This document shows positions 13,901 to 21,795 of a stretch of DNA of 24,969 bases, one piece after another. The notes under the pieces are model-generated. The model made no database searches, was not told the DNA's origin, and worked only from the letters and a program-made list of their open reading frames with translations. Position 1 is the first letter of the stretch. Each line of letters begins with the position of its first letter. The position numbers were made by a program, and so were the translations under genes. The DNA is from a virus (Duplodnaviria > Caudoviricetes), in the IMG/VR virus record IMGVR_UViG_3300043756_000005, positions 1 through 24,969 of that record. One strand, written 5' to 3'.

Positions 13901-16711
13901 TTCGTCCAGCGTGGTCATGAGCGCGTTCGACTCGGTGACCTTCGAGTTCAAGGCCCCCTGAGCCTGCGTGACCTGCTCAAGCTGGTTCTTCAGGCCGTCG
14001 AGCTTGGCTTGGTTGAACTCAGTCGTCTTGAGCTTGGCTTCCTCGGTGGCCGTAGCTGCCCGAGAGGCAGCCATCTGCACGGAGGTCTGTGAGCCAGCGA
14101 ACTGGGCCGCCACCGTCTCCAGCTTGGAGCGGTTGAGATCGGTCAGGGTGAGCTTGAGTTCCTTGACCTTGCCTTCGGCTTCCTTCAGCTTGGCCTCGAA
14201 GTCCTTCGAGTCCAGCGTCAGCTTGTCCTTCTGGCTGTTCTGGCCGGTGAAGTTGTCGAACGCCTTGCGGCCCACAGAGCGGCTGTCTCCGCCGTTGGCG
14301 TTGGCACGACGCTGCTTGAAGCGCTGAAGGAACGTGGTCGAGTCCTCGCCCGCCTGGACGAGATCCTGTCCGTCCTTCGCGGCCTTGCTCTTCAGGTTGT
14401 CGCCTGCACGTCGAGCAAGGGTCAGGTCGTTCCCGTTGGCGTTCTTGGCGAGATCCCGAGCGGCTACGGCGTCACTCAGTGCCTTGTCCCGAGCAGGACC
14501 CTTAGGCAGCGCCATGGCGTCGTTCACGGCCCGGTCAGCCTCAGAGAGCCGCTGACGGTTGCTGGTCTTCGTAGACCCGAGCAGGCGGTCAGCCTCACGG
14601 CTTGCAGACCCCTTCAGGTCGGCCGCGGCCTTCTGTGCGTCGGTCTTCGTACCTATGCCGGTGACCTGGCCACCGAGCTTCAGAGCGCCAGCGATGCCCT
14701 TGCCCACGGGGGACAGGAGCGTCATCACCGTCTTGAGCGTCTTGGACAGCAGGCCCAGGCCCAGGAGCACGGGAGCCGCAGCAGCGGCCAACTCACCGAA
14801 CTTCATCACGGCGTCTTCAAGGCCCTTGTGGGTCTTCAGGAAGTTCGCCAGTCCGACAGCCCAGTTGCCCAGAGTGGTCAGAGCATCGAACGAGGTCTTC
14901 AGCAGGTCCCCGGCAGGAGCCTTCAGGTCTCCGCCGATCGTGCCCACCTTGTCCAGCAGGCCACCCTTGCCCATGATGGCCGCGCCGGCACCCGTCCAGA
15001 CGCGCTGTCCGTTCGGGTTGGTCTTCACGAAGAGGTCGGCGAGGCCGTAGGTAGCCTGCTCCTTCATGTTCGTGAGGCGAGCGCCGATCGAGGCGTTACC
15101 GAGATTCCCGGCCGGGTTGAGCTTCCCGTTCTGCGTGAGCTGGTTGTCTCGGGTGATCAGGGCCTTGACGATCGTCTGGCCGTCGATACCACCGTTCGTC
15201 CGAGATCCCTGAAGGAACTGGAGCAACTGAGCCGAAGCAGTGTCCGTAGTCGGAGCCTTGATCGAAAGGCCCTGCTTGGCGTAGGTGGCGTTCTGCTGGT
15301 TGATCCACGCCTGAGTGTGGTTCCGGTCCTGGAAGCCGAGCATCTGGGCCAGTTCCTCAATCGGAACACCAGCGTCGTTCGCCAGGGTGGTGGCGTTGAC
15401 GGTCCGAGTCCGGCCCATCTCCTGAATCTTCGAGACCGCCTTGAAGGCGTTGGCCACCTGCGTCGGGTCCGTGATGCCGCCCAGGGCGGCGAGGTTGCCG
15501 ACAGCCTTGACGAGATCCAGAGCTTCCGTCGAGGCAGCAGCACCAGCGGCAGCCTTCTGGGCCGTCGTGCCGTTGGAACGCGGGTCGTGAGACATCGCCT
15601 GGCGCGTGTACTGCACGCCGTAGGTGAGCATGTCCTGAACCGCGTAGGGCGTCTGTACGCCGTAGTCCTTCAGGCCCGTGATCATCTTGTTGATGTCGCT
15701 GTAGGCCACGCCGATCGAGGCAAGCGCCGTCTGCGTCTGCATCAGGGAGTCGGCCGACTTCATGCCGAAGTACGCGACAGCACCGGCAGCACCCATCATC
15801 GGGGCGACGATGTTCGTGGCGATCGAGGTACCGATGCCGGTCACCGTCTTGCCGAAGGAGCTGACCCCCTTCTCGGTGTTGGACCAGGCAGAGGCGATCT
15901 TCGAGGACATGGTGACCTCGGTCGAGGCAAGCTGAGTCAGCGCAGCCTTCGAGGTGGCGAGCTGGGCAGCGGCAGTCTTGGCAATCGCCTGCTGCTTCTC
16001 GATCTCGCCCTCAAGGAAGGCCGTCTTGATCTCGCGGTCAGTCGTCTCCGCCTTGAGCTTCTGCTGATACGCCTCGTCGTAGGCAGCCCGCCAGGCGGTC
16101 TGAGCCTCGGTGGCAGCGGCCTTGGAGATGTCCGCCGTGAGCTTGTACGCCTGCTGCTTCAGGGCCTCGCCGCGGGCAGTCTCCTGCGCCTCCAACGCGG
16201 TCATCTGCTTGGCCTCGTTGATGCGAGTCAGGTACAGCTTCTTACCGGCTGCATCCATCTCGTCCAGCCGGGCCAGGAATGCTTCTTTGGCGTCCGTGCC
16301 GTACTTGATCTCAAGGTCACGCGCGTTGAGCGCGGTGCGCTCCTGCTGGCGGGCAGTCGCCTGGCCGGCCTCCGCCTTGGCGTCCTCGTTGCGGATGAAC
16401 GCCTCGGTGACCGCCTGCATGAGTTCGATCTGCTTCTGAGCGTTCGCCCCAGCGTCCTTCAACTGGGCAGCGTAGGAGGCCACTTCGAGCTTCTGGCGTG
16501 CGTCGAGCTGAGTGCCGTACTTGTCCGTAAGCCACTGCTGCCACATCGCCTCGGCTTCGGCCTGCTTCTGGGCCAGGGATTCGAGGTTCTTGTATGTCTT
16601 CTCGATCTTCGCCTGAATGTTGGCCATCGTCTTAGCGACAGCAGCCTCATCCATCTGCGGCGTGATCTCGATATAGGCATTGCCGATCTTGATGCCCGGA
16701 TTAGCCGACAT
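10991..16711 (-). CDS. Tape measure protein with lytic transglycosylase (SLT) domain (1906 aa)
   Basis: [10 protein letters not shown] start; Ala/Lys/Gln-rich helical body; QTPYAVQDM tape-measure segment; [33 protein letters not shown]…[10 protein letters not shown] motif. Confidence 0.93.
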   Translation of the reverse strand: [1906 protein letters not shown]

Positions 16712-16720
16712 TCGGCCCCC

Positions 16721-17130
16721 TTACAGATTGCTCATTTGGCTGAAGAAAGACGCCACCTCCTGTCCGGAGGAGTAGTCATAGGTCGGTTTCGGCGGCTCTA
16801 CATAGCCAGGCCGGGGGAGGGGATCAGGCACAGCCAGATCCTTTGCATCCGACGAGTTGGCCTTGATGAAGAGGTAGTTCGAAAGCTCCTGCGCATCCGA
16901 CAGCCGAGCCAAGAGGTAATCGTTCGCGGACCACTCCGCGGCCTCGTCCATCGCTGCTGCGAGCGTGGACCTACCGGCCTTCGTAATGAGTGACTGGACG
17001 AGAACGCCGATGCGGCGAAGAGAAAGCCGCCCACGCCAAAGGTCCATCAGATCGACCCGGAAGAACTCCAAGAGATCGGCCTCAAGTTCGTCCGGGTAAT
17101 CCTGGATGACGTGAACGGTGTCGATCAGTT
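16721..17130 (-). CDS. C-terminal part of the long tail assembly chaperone (gpGT-like), reached by -1 frameshift
   Basis: The -1 frame is open from the slippery site (KLIDTVHVIQDYPDELEADLLEFFRVDLMDLWRGRLSLRR…) to the stop at 16721. Confidence 0.85.
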
Positions 17131-17391
17131 TCCCGTGCTGCCGTTGAGCTTGTCGGACAGCTCCTTGAAGTCACGGATGGTCGGGCGAGTGGCCTTGTAG
17201 ATGGCCCACTGCTCCGCGCCCAGGACCAGGCGGACGATCTCAACCTCAGACTCGGCCTCAAGGATGTCGAGGGGGTAGTCAAGCGGGGCCGGCACCGTGA
17301 AGGTGATGCCAGCGTGGTCGAACGTGATGGGGGCCTCGGTGGCCTCAGCCTCGACGGGCTTGGACACAGCAGTCTTCTTGGCAGCGGGCAT
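17125..17391 (-). CDS. Tail assembly chaperone (gpG-like, 88 aa)
   Basis: AGGAG RBS before ATG at 17391 (MPAAKK…); VLGAEQWAIY; ends at GGA AAC TGA. Confidence 0.85.
   Translation of the reverse strand: MPAAKKTAVSKPVEAEATEAPITFDHAGITFTVPAPLDYPLDILEAESEVEIVRLVLGAEQWAIYKATRPTIRDFKELSDKLNGSTGN
17128..17134 (-). promoter_or_regulatory. Programmed -1 ribosomal frameshift site G GGA AAC
   Basis: X XXY YYZ heptamer in the correct frame immediately before the chaperone stop. Confidence 0.88.
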
Positions 17392-17486
17392 GGTAACTCC
17401 TGGAAAGCGTGGGGGTCTTGGGGTGAGAGAGAAGGGCGTGTCCGGCTGGTAGCGTGAGACCGACTGACGGCGGGCAGGAGACGCCA

Positions 17487-17648
17487 ATGGAAGATCAGCT
17501 CTTGAAGATGATCTTCTCGGCAGCCGAGCTGGCTGCTGTGGTCATGGTCCTCACGAGGGTCTTCGTGAAAGACCTGGCCGAAACGCTCAAGGCAGTTCTT
17601 GAAGCAGCGCGGTCGCTCAAGCGCCGCGAGGACGATGAGCCGCACTGA
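17487..17648 (+). CDS. Small hydrophobic protein (53 aa), antisense insertion in the tail operon
   Basis: CAGGAG RBS 6 nt before ATG; MIFSAAELAAVVMVLTRVFV hydrophobic stretch; fits wholly in the intergenic gap and ends at a hairpin. Confidence 0.62.
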   Translation: MEDQLLKMIFSAAELAAVVMVLTRVFVKDLAETLKAVLEAARSLKRREDDEPH

Positions 17649-17652
17649 GCAG

Positions 17653-17682
17653 GAGAGGCCCGGCCGGAAAGCCGGGCCTCTC
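17653..17682. terminator. Hairpin between the convergent major tail gene and 53-aa gene
   Basis: Perfect 12-bp stem GAGAGGCCCGGC / GCCGGGCCTCTC with loop CGGAAA, within about 5 nt of both stop codons. Confidence 0.75.
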
Positions 17683-17687
17683 TCACA

Positions 17688-18299
17688 TCAGGACGTGGGG
17701 GTAAGCGCGTCCTGCGCGGCGTCGTCAACGGCCGCGTCGTCGGTCAGCACGTAGCCGAGAGACCCGTTGAAGTCGAGCGCGTCAAACGTCAGCTCGAAGG
17801 TCTGGGCGGTGGTGCGCTGAAGGGTGATCGCGCCTCGGTCGGCGACCATCGCGCGCGGCACGACCACGCGATAATTGCGGCCCTGGTCCTGCCAGTCCAC
17901 GACAATGGACAGTTCCTTCAGCTCCGGAACCGAGGACAGGTCCAGCTTCCACGTCGGCGTGGTGCCGGTCTGCTTGACCCAGGTAGCGCCGTAGAAGGTC
18001 TCAGTGGTCAGGACGTTGACCTCAGACAGCATCGCCTTGATGGAGAAGGTTGCGTCCTTGACGTTGTAGAGAACCGGAACGGCGCTCTGCCAGACGTTGA
18101 CCGGGTTGGTGTTCACCTGCGGGGTGATGGTCACGCCGGTATCGGCGATGTAGCCAACCGAGGTGTAGCCGGTCGGGGGAGTCTTGCCGTCGCCAGGAGC
18201 GACCGGCAGAACGGTGGAGCCAGTGGCACCGGTCGGGGCCGGGGCGAGGTACATAGCGCCGTTCGGCGCGAACCGGATGTTAGAGGCGTCATTCGCCAT
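17688..18299 (-). CDS. Major tail protein (203 aa)
   Basis: AAGGAG RBS before MANDASN; VGYIADTGVTIT…VNVWQSAVPV is typical of actinophage tail tube proteins; synteny. Confidence 0.88.
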   Translation of the reverse strand: MANDASNIRFAPNGAMYLAPAPTGATGSTVLPVAPGDGKTPPTGYTSVGYIADTGVTITPQVNTNPVNVWQSAVPVLYNVKDATFSIKAMLSEVNVLTTETFYGATWVKQTGTTPTWKLDLSSVPELKELSIVVDWQDQGRNYRVVVPRAMVADRGAITLQRTTAQTFELTFDALDFNGSLGYVLTDDAAVDDAAQDALTPTS

Positions 18300-18324
18300 A
18301 TAGGCACTCCTTGAAGAAGGGAAC

Positions 18325-18347
18325 AAAAAAGGCCCCTCAAGGGGGCC
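18325..18347 (-). terminator. Intrinsic terminator-like hairpin upstream of the major tail gene
   Basis: Minus strand GGCCCC-CTTGA-GGGGCC followed by TTTTTT. Confidence 0.7.
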
Positions 18348-18362
18348 GTAATGGGTAGACGA

Positions 18363-18752
18363 TCAGCTTTCGGTGAAGAAGATGGCGACTTCCCCGCCGT
18401 ACGCGTCTTCGTTGGACGCGTTATCAGGCACGAACTTCGGAGATGAAATCTCCTTCACATCGAGGATCTGAACTCCGTCGATGAGCTTGCCCGGCAAATC
18501 CTCAAGGAGATATTCGCGGGTGAGATACGCGAGGCCGGCGGCTGATGCACGATCCGCGTTGTAGGCGTCGTACCAGATGTCAGCGCGGTCCATCTTGTCG
18601 CGCATGATGCGGTGTCCACCGCTGTGGTAGAGGTAGATCGAGAGATCGCCCGGATTGCGACCGATCAGAGTTCCGGTCGGCACAGCATCAGGCGGAAGGT
18701 TCTTGCAGGTCTTGAGATAGTCGATCAGGAAGGCAACGGGATCAGCTCTCAC
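18363..18752 (-). CDS. Tail terminator (129 aa)
   Basis: DPVAFLIDYL start, SGGHRI, DAYNADRASAAGLA; position before the major tail; GTGA overlap. Confidence 0.75.
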   Translation of the reverse strand: MRADPVAFLIDYLKTCKNLPPDAVPTGTLIGRNPGDLSIYLYHSGGHRIMRDKMDRADIWYDAYNADRASAAGLAYLTREYLLEDLPGKLIDGVQILDVKEISSPKFVPDNASNEDAYGGEVAIFFTES

Positions 18753-19123
18753 TCGATACGCTCACCTTCCAATACACCCTTGATGAAAAAGCGGCCTGCG
18801 TGCCGGTTACCTGCTCGGTCGGTCCAGCCCTCTTCCTGAAGCAGCGCGTGACGTGCTTGAGGGTTCTCCTCGACCGTGACGAAGCCGACGTATTCGCCGT
18901 CAATCTCCTCGACCAGAGCACCGATGTTCTTCTTGATCGAGTAGGCGTCCGTGCGCACGTGAGGGCCGCGCGGAGCGGCCTTGATGATCTTCTCGGCCAG
19001 GTCCGCCGTAGCGGCGGTCACCAGCTCAAGCGTCTTGTCAGACACGAGAAACAGGGACTCCCAGCCCTCATTCGTCTTGAAGGTGAAAGACCCGTTGCTG
19101 AAGCGCTTCGTCTCGTTGGTCAC
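18749..19123 (-). CDS. HK97 gp10-like neck protein (124 aa)
   Basis: Start moved to GTG 19123 (GTGA overlap); KAAPRG…HALLQEEG…AGRFF pattern; synteny. Confidence 0.7.
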   Translation of the reverse strand: MTNETKRFSNGSFTFKTNEGWESLFLVSDKTLELVTAATADLAEKIIKAAPRGPHVRTDAYSIKKNIGALVEEIDGEYVGFVTVEENPQARHALLQEEGWTDRAGNRHAGRFFIKGVLEGERIE

Positions 19124-19449
19124 TTGATCACCCTCGTAGCGTCCAGCTCCACGAAGGAGCGAGTCCCGAGGGTCCACGTCCACGCCTCACCATCGACCAA
19201 GAACCACTCGCCGCGGACTAGCAGTCGGTCCGCCGAGTCGATGACCGGGTGACCCTGTAGGTAGACCGTGATGCGGAGACGGCTCGTCTCTCGCACGGCT
19301 CGATCAGGCGTGTAGGTACGGCGGTAGGGGAGAGCGGCACCCAGGCCGGAAAAGACCACCGTGGCGTTGTCCCAGTCACGGTGAGAGCCGTACTCGTCGG
19401 CGATCAGTGGAGCGCGGTAGACGGCTATGGTGTCGGTGAAGAGTGCCAA
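19120..19449 (-). CDS. Head-to-tail stopper (109 aa)
   Basis: VYRAPLIADEYGSHRDWDNA, DRLLVRGEWFLVDGE; synteny. Confidence 0.8.
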   Translation of the reverse strand: MALFTDTIAVYRAPLIADEYGSHRDWDNATVVFSGLGAALPYRRTYTPDRAVRETSRLRITVYLQGHPVIDSADRLLVRGEWFLVDGEAWTWTLGTRSFVELDATRVIK

Positions 19450-20039
19450 CGGATCTCCTCAGCAACAGGGTTGGGTACGTTCGTGCGGTGCAGCGTGTAG
19501 GTCCCCATGCGCTTGCGGTACCGCTTCAGGCCCAGTTGGGCAGCGTTGGAGAGACCCGGATTGTTCGCGGTAGGCGCGTACTGGACTTCCAGCTCACCGG
19601 TCTTCTCGATGACCGTGCCGGGAGCAACGGCAATCCAGCGGATGACCTCCGAGCAGATCACTGACCGCACGGCTCCGGGGAGAGCCGGCCACCCCCACGA
19701 AGCCGTGAGAGTGACCGACCCGAGCACCGGGCCTCGACGCAGGAAGAGCGTCCGGCCGAGAATCTGCCAGTCCTGCCCGGACACCAGCTCCGTGCCGTCG
19801 TTCGTGACGACGGAGGAGACAGTCAGGCCGGGGAAGTACCGGAAGGGGATCTCTGCCTGACCCCCTTCAATGAGGAGGTCGAACGACTCGTTGCTGTGCT
19901 GCGCAAAGTCGTTCTGGCAGTAGTCCAGGACCAACGCGGTGGCGTCCTCGATGAACGCCGTAATCCGGGCGGCCTCCGTGTCGTCTGCGACGGGCCGCCC
20001 GAGACGGGCGACCACATCGTCAAGCGTTACGGAAGCCAC
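19425..20039 (-). CDS. Head-to-tail adaptor (204 aa)
   Basis: TLDDVVARLGRP…FIEDATALVLDY; directly after the capsid gene. Confidence 0.82.
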   Translation of the reverse strand: MASVTLDDVVARLGRPVADDTEAARITAFIEDATALVLDYCQNDFAQHSNESFDLLIEGGQAEIPFRYFPGLTVSSVVTNDGTELVSGQDWQILGRTLFLRRGPVLGSVTLTASWGWPALPGAVRSVICSEVIRWIAVAPGTVIEKTGELEVQYAPTANNPGLSNAAQLGLKRYRKRMGTYTLHRTNVPNPVAEEIRWHSSPTP

Positions 20040-20043
20040 TTAC

Positions 20044-21126
20044 TCAGTCCGCGACCTGAGTGACGGAGACGGTGGCGTTGTGGGTCGCGAGAGCGGCCTC
20101 AACGTTCCGAGCCACAACGAGCTGTTCCGGGCGGATGACCTTCGCGTCGTAGATGACACGCGACTTGATCGCGTCGGTGAAGGTCTCCTGAGGCTTGTAC
20201 GCCTCCATCTGAGCGAAGGGGATGACCACGGAAGTCGCAGCGGTGGAACCCATGAACAGGTCCACGGCCTCGAACTTCTGGTTGCCCTTCTTGATCAGCG
20301 GGTTGTTCGGGCGGGTGTGGCTACCCAGCGCGTTCGCAACCTGGACCGGGACACCCAGAATGGTGCCGATGTGGCCGGACGGGATCACGGCCGGGCCGCC
20401 GTAGACCTGGGCCTCGATGAACTTCGGGTCACGCAGCAGCGCCGAGCGCATGCGCGGGGAGACGAACAGGAAGCGGTCCGACGGAGCCGACTTGATGTCC
20501 AGGTTCTCCAGCATGGAGACCACGTAGTCATAGACCGACAGGATGCGGTTCGCAGCGACGCGGGTGGCGTAGTCACCGGTCGGAGCGTCGGTGATCTCGT
20601 CAATCTGGCCGTGCAGGGCCGGCAGGCCGGTGACGGTCGCGCCCGCGTCGTTCGCGCCGTTCAGGTCCTTGCCCGCGATGGCCGCGAGGAGGGTCTGAGC
20701 AACCAGCTCATCCAGCTTGATGGCCATGGCGCGAGCGCGCTGGGCGATCAGGTTGGACATCAGGTCGATGCCAGCCTTGGTCTGGAGCTGGTGGAGCGCA
20801 TCCACCTCGATGTGGAACGAGCTGCCCTTGGCAACCCGCATGTCGATGTACTCAAGCGCGGCGTGGTCAGCCGCACCGATGGAGCCGTACGCCGACACCA
20901 GGCCCTTGTCAGACACCTGGTCGTTGACGAAGTGCGGGATGTGGACGACATCGCCCTCTCGCCGGAACTCACCCTCATACTGCCGGTTGGTGAACTGGGC
21001 AGAAGCGAGAACCAGCTCCTCTTCGAGATCCTGGAGAAGCTCAGCAACCCAAATCTCGGGGATGAAAGTGTTGCCGGAATTGGCCTGAAGGCCAGTGCCA
21101 GCCTGAGTCAGAAAACCATCAGCCAT
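20044..21126 (-). CDS. Major capsid protein, P22-coat-like (360 aa)
   Basis: FIPEIW…NRQYEGE…GDVVHIP, DRFLFVSP, DAIKSRVIYDAKVIRPE; GAGG RBS. Confidence 0.9.
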   Translation of the reverse strand: MADGFLTQAGTGLQANSGNTFIPEIWVAELLQDLEEELVLASAQFTNRQYEGEFRREGDVVHIPHFVNDQVSDKGLVSAYGSIGAADHAALEYIDMRVAKGSSFHIEVDALHQLQTKAGIDLMSNLIAQRARAMAIKLDELVAQTLLAAIAGKDLNGANDAGATVTGLPALHGQIDEITDAPTGDYATRVAANRILSVYDYVVSMLENLDIKSAPSDRFLFVSPRMRSALLRDPKFIEAQVYGGPAVIPSGHIGTILGVPVQVANALGSHTRPNNPLIKKGNQKFEAVDLFMGSTAATSVVIPFAQMEAYKPQETFTDAIKSRVIYDAKVIRPEQLVVARNVEAALATHNATVSVTQVAD

Positions 21127-21146
21127 GCATTACCTCTTTAGGTAGG

Positions 21147-21725
21147 TCAGATTTCACCCCGGAGAAGGGAGTCAAGGCGGCCTTCCTTACGGGCAGCGTT
21201 GATCTCGCCGGGAGTCATTCGGGAAAGGTCGGAGCGGGAAAGCTGGCCAGCGGCCGGGCTTCCCTGGCGACCAAGGCCGATGTCCTGGCGGAATGCAGGT
21301 GCAGCGGCCGGCTTGGGCAGGGACGAGATGAACCCCTTGACCGCATCCGAATCCACGGAGCCGTCAGAACCGAGGAATCGGTTCAGGTTCAGGAAATCCG
21401 CAGACGGAAGCTCCACGCCTGCGGCGGCGGCCTGAGCACGAAGCTCAGCCTCAGCGATCCGAGTACCGACCTCAGCGAGAGCGGCATTGCGCCCCTCTGC
21501 CTTCGCGGCCTCAATCGCCTTCTCGGCGTCGCTCATCTGCGACTGCCGGAGGTTGTCCAGCTCGGTGCTGGTGCTCTTGAATCGGTCCTCGTTCTTCCGA
21601 CTCAGCGCCTTCCACTTATCGACCTCGGCCTGAAGGCTCTCGACGGTCGGATCGTTTCCGGTCCCCGAGTTCGGGTCACCCGTGTTCGCGGTGGAAGGGT
21701 TAGGGGTGTTGTTCTCGTCACTCAT
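21147..21725 (-). CDS. Capsid scaffolding protein (192 aa)
   Basis: EVDKWKALSRKNE, MSDAEKAIEAAKAEGR, DLSRMTPGEINAARKEGRLDSLL; start placed at MSDENN. Confidence 0.88.
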   Translation of the reverse strand: MSDENNTPNPSTANTGDPNSGTGNDPTVESLQAEVDKWKALSRKNEDRFKSTSTELDNLRQSQMSDAEKAIEAAKAEGRNAALAEVGTRIAEAELRAQAAAAGVELPSADFLNLNRFLGSDGSVDSDAVKGFISSLPKPAAAPAFRQDIGLGRQGSPAAGQLSRSDLSRMTPGEINAARKEGRLDSLLRGEI

Positions 21726-21747
21726 GCGTTTCACCATTTCGGCCAAT

Positions 21748-21773
21748 AAAAAAAAACCCCCATTTCGGGAGCC
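21748..21773 (-). terminator. Terminator-like hairpin with T9 run between portal and scaffold
   Basis: Minus strand GGCTCCC-GAAAT-GGGGG followed by nine T. Confidence 0.6.
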
Positions 21774-21795
21774 TCATCGGATTCGTACTGTGCGG

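Noticed and set aside
14828-16993. 721-aa plus-strand ORF, and similar ones at 12971-14092, 19939-21141, 23211-24644 and 4134-5075
   Set aside because: Antisense shadows of structural or lysis genes; no recognisable motifs
17082-17728. Minus-strand ORFs 17082-17645 and 17495-17728, and the long N-terminal extension of the chaperone ORF
   Set aside because: Low-complexity R/S/P translations; the chaperone has a clear RBS at ATG 17391
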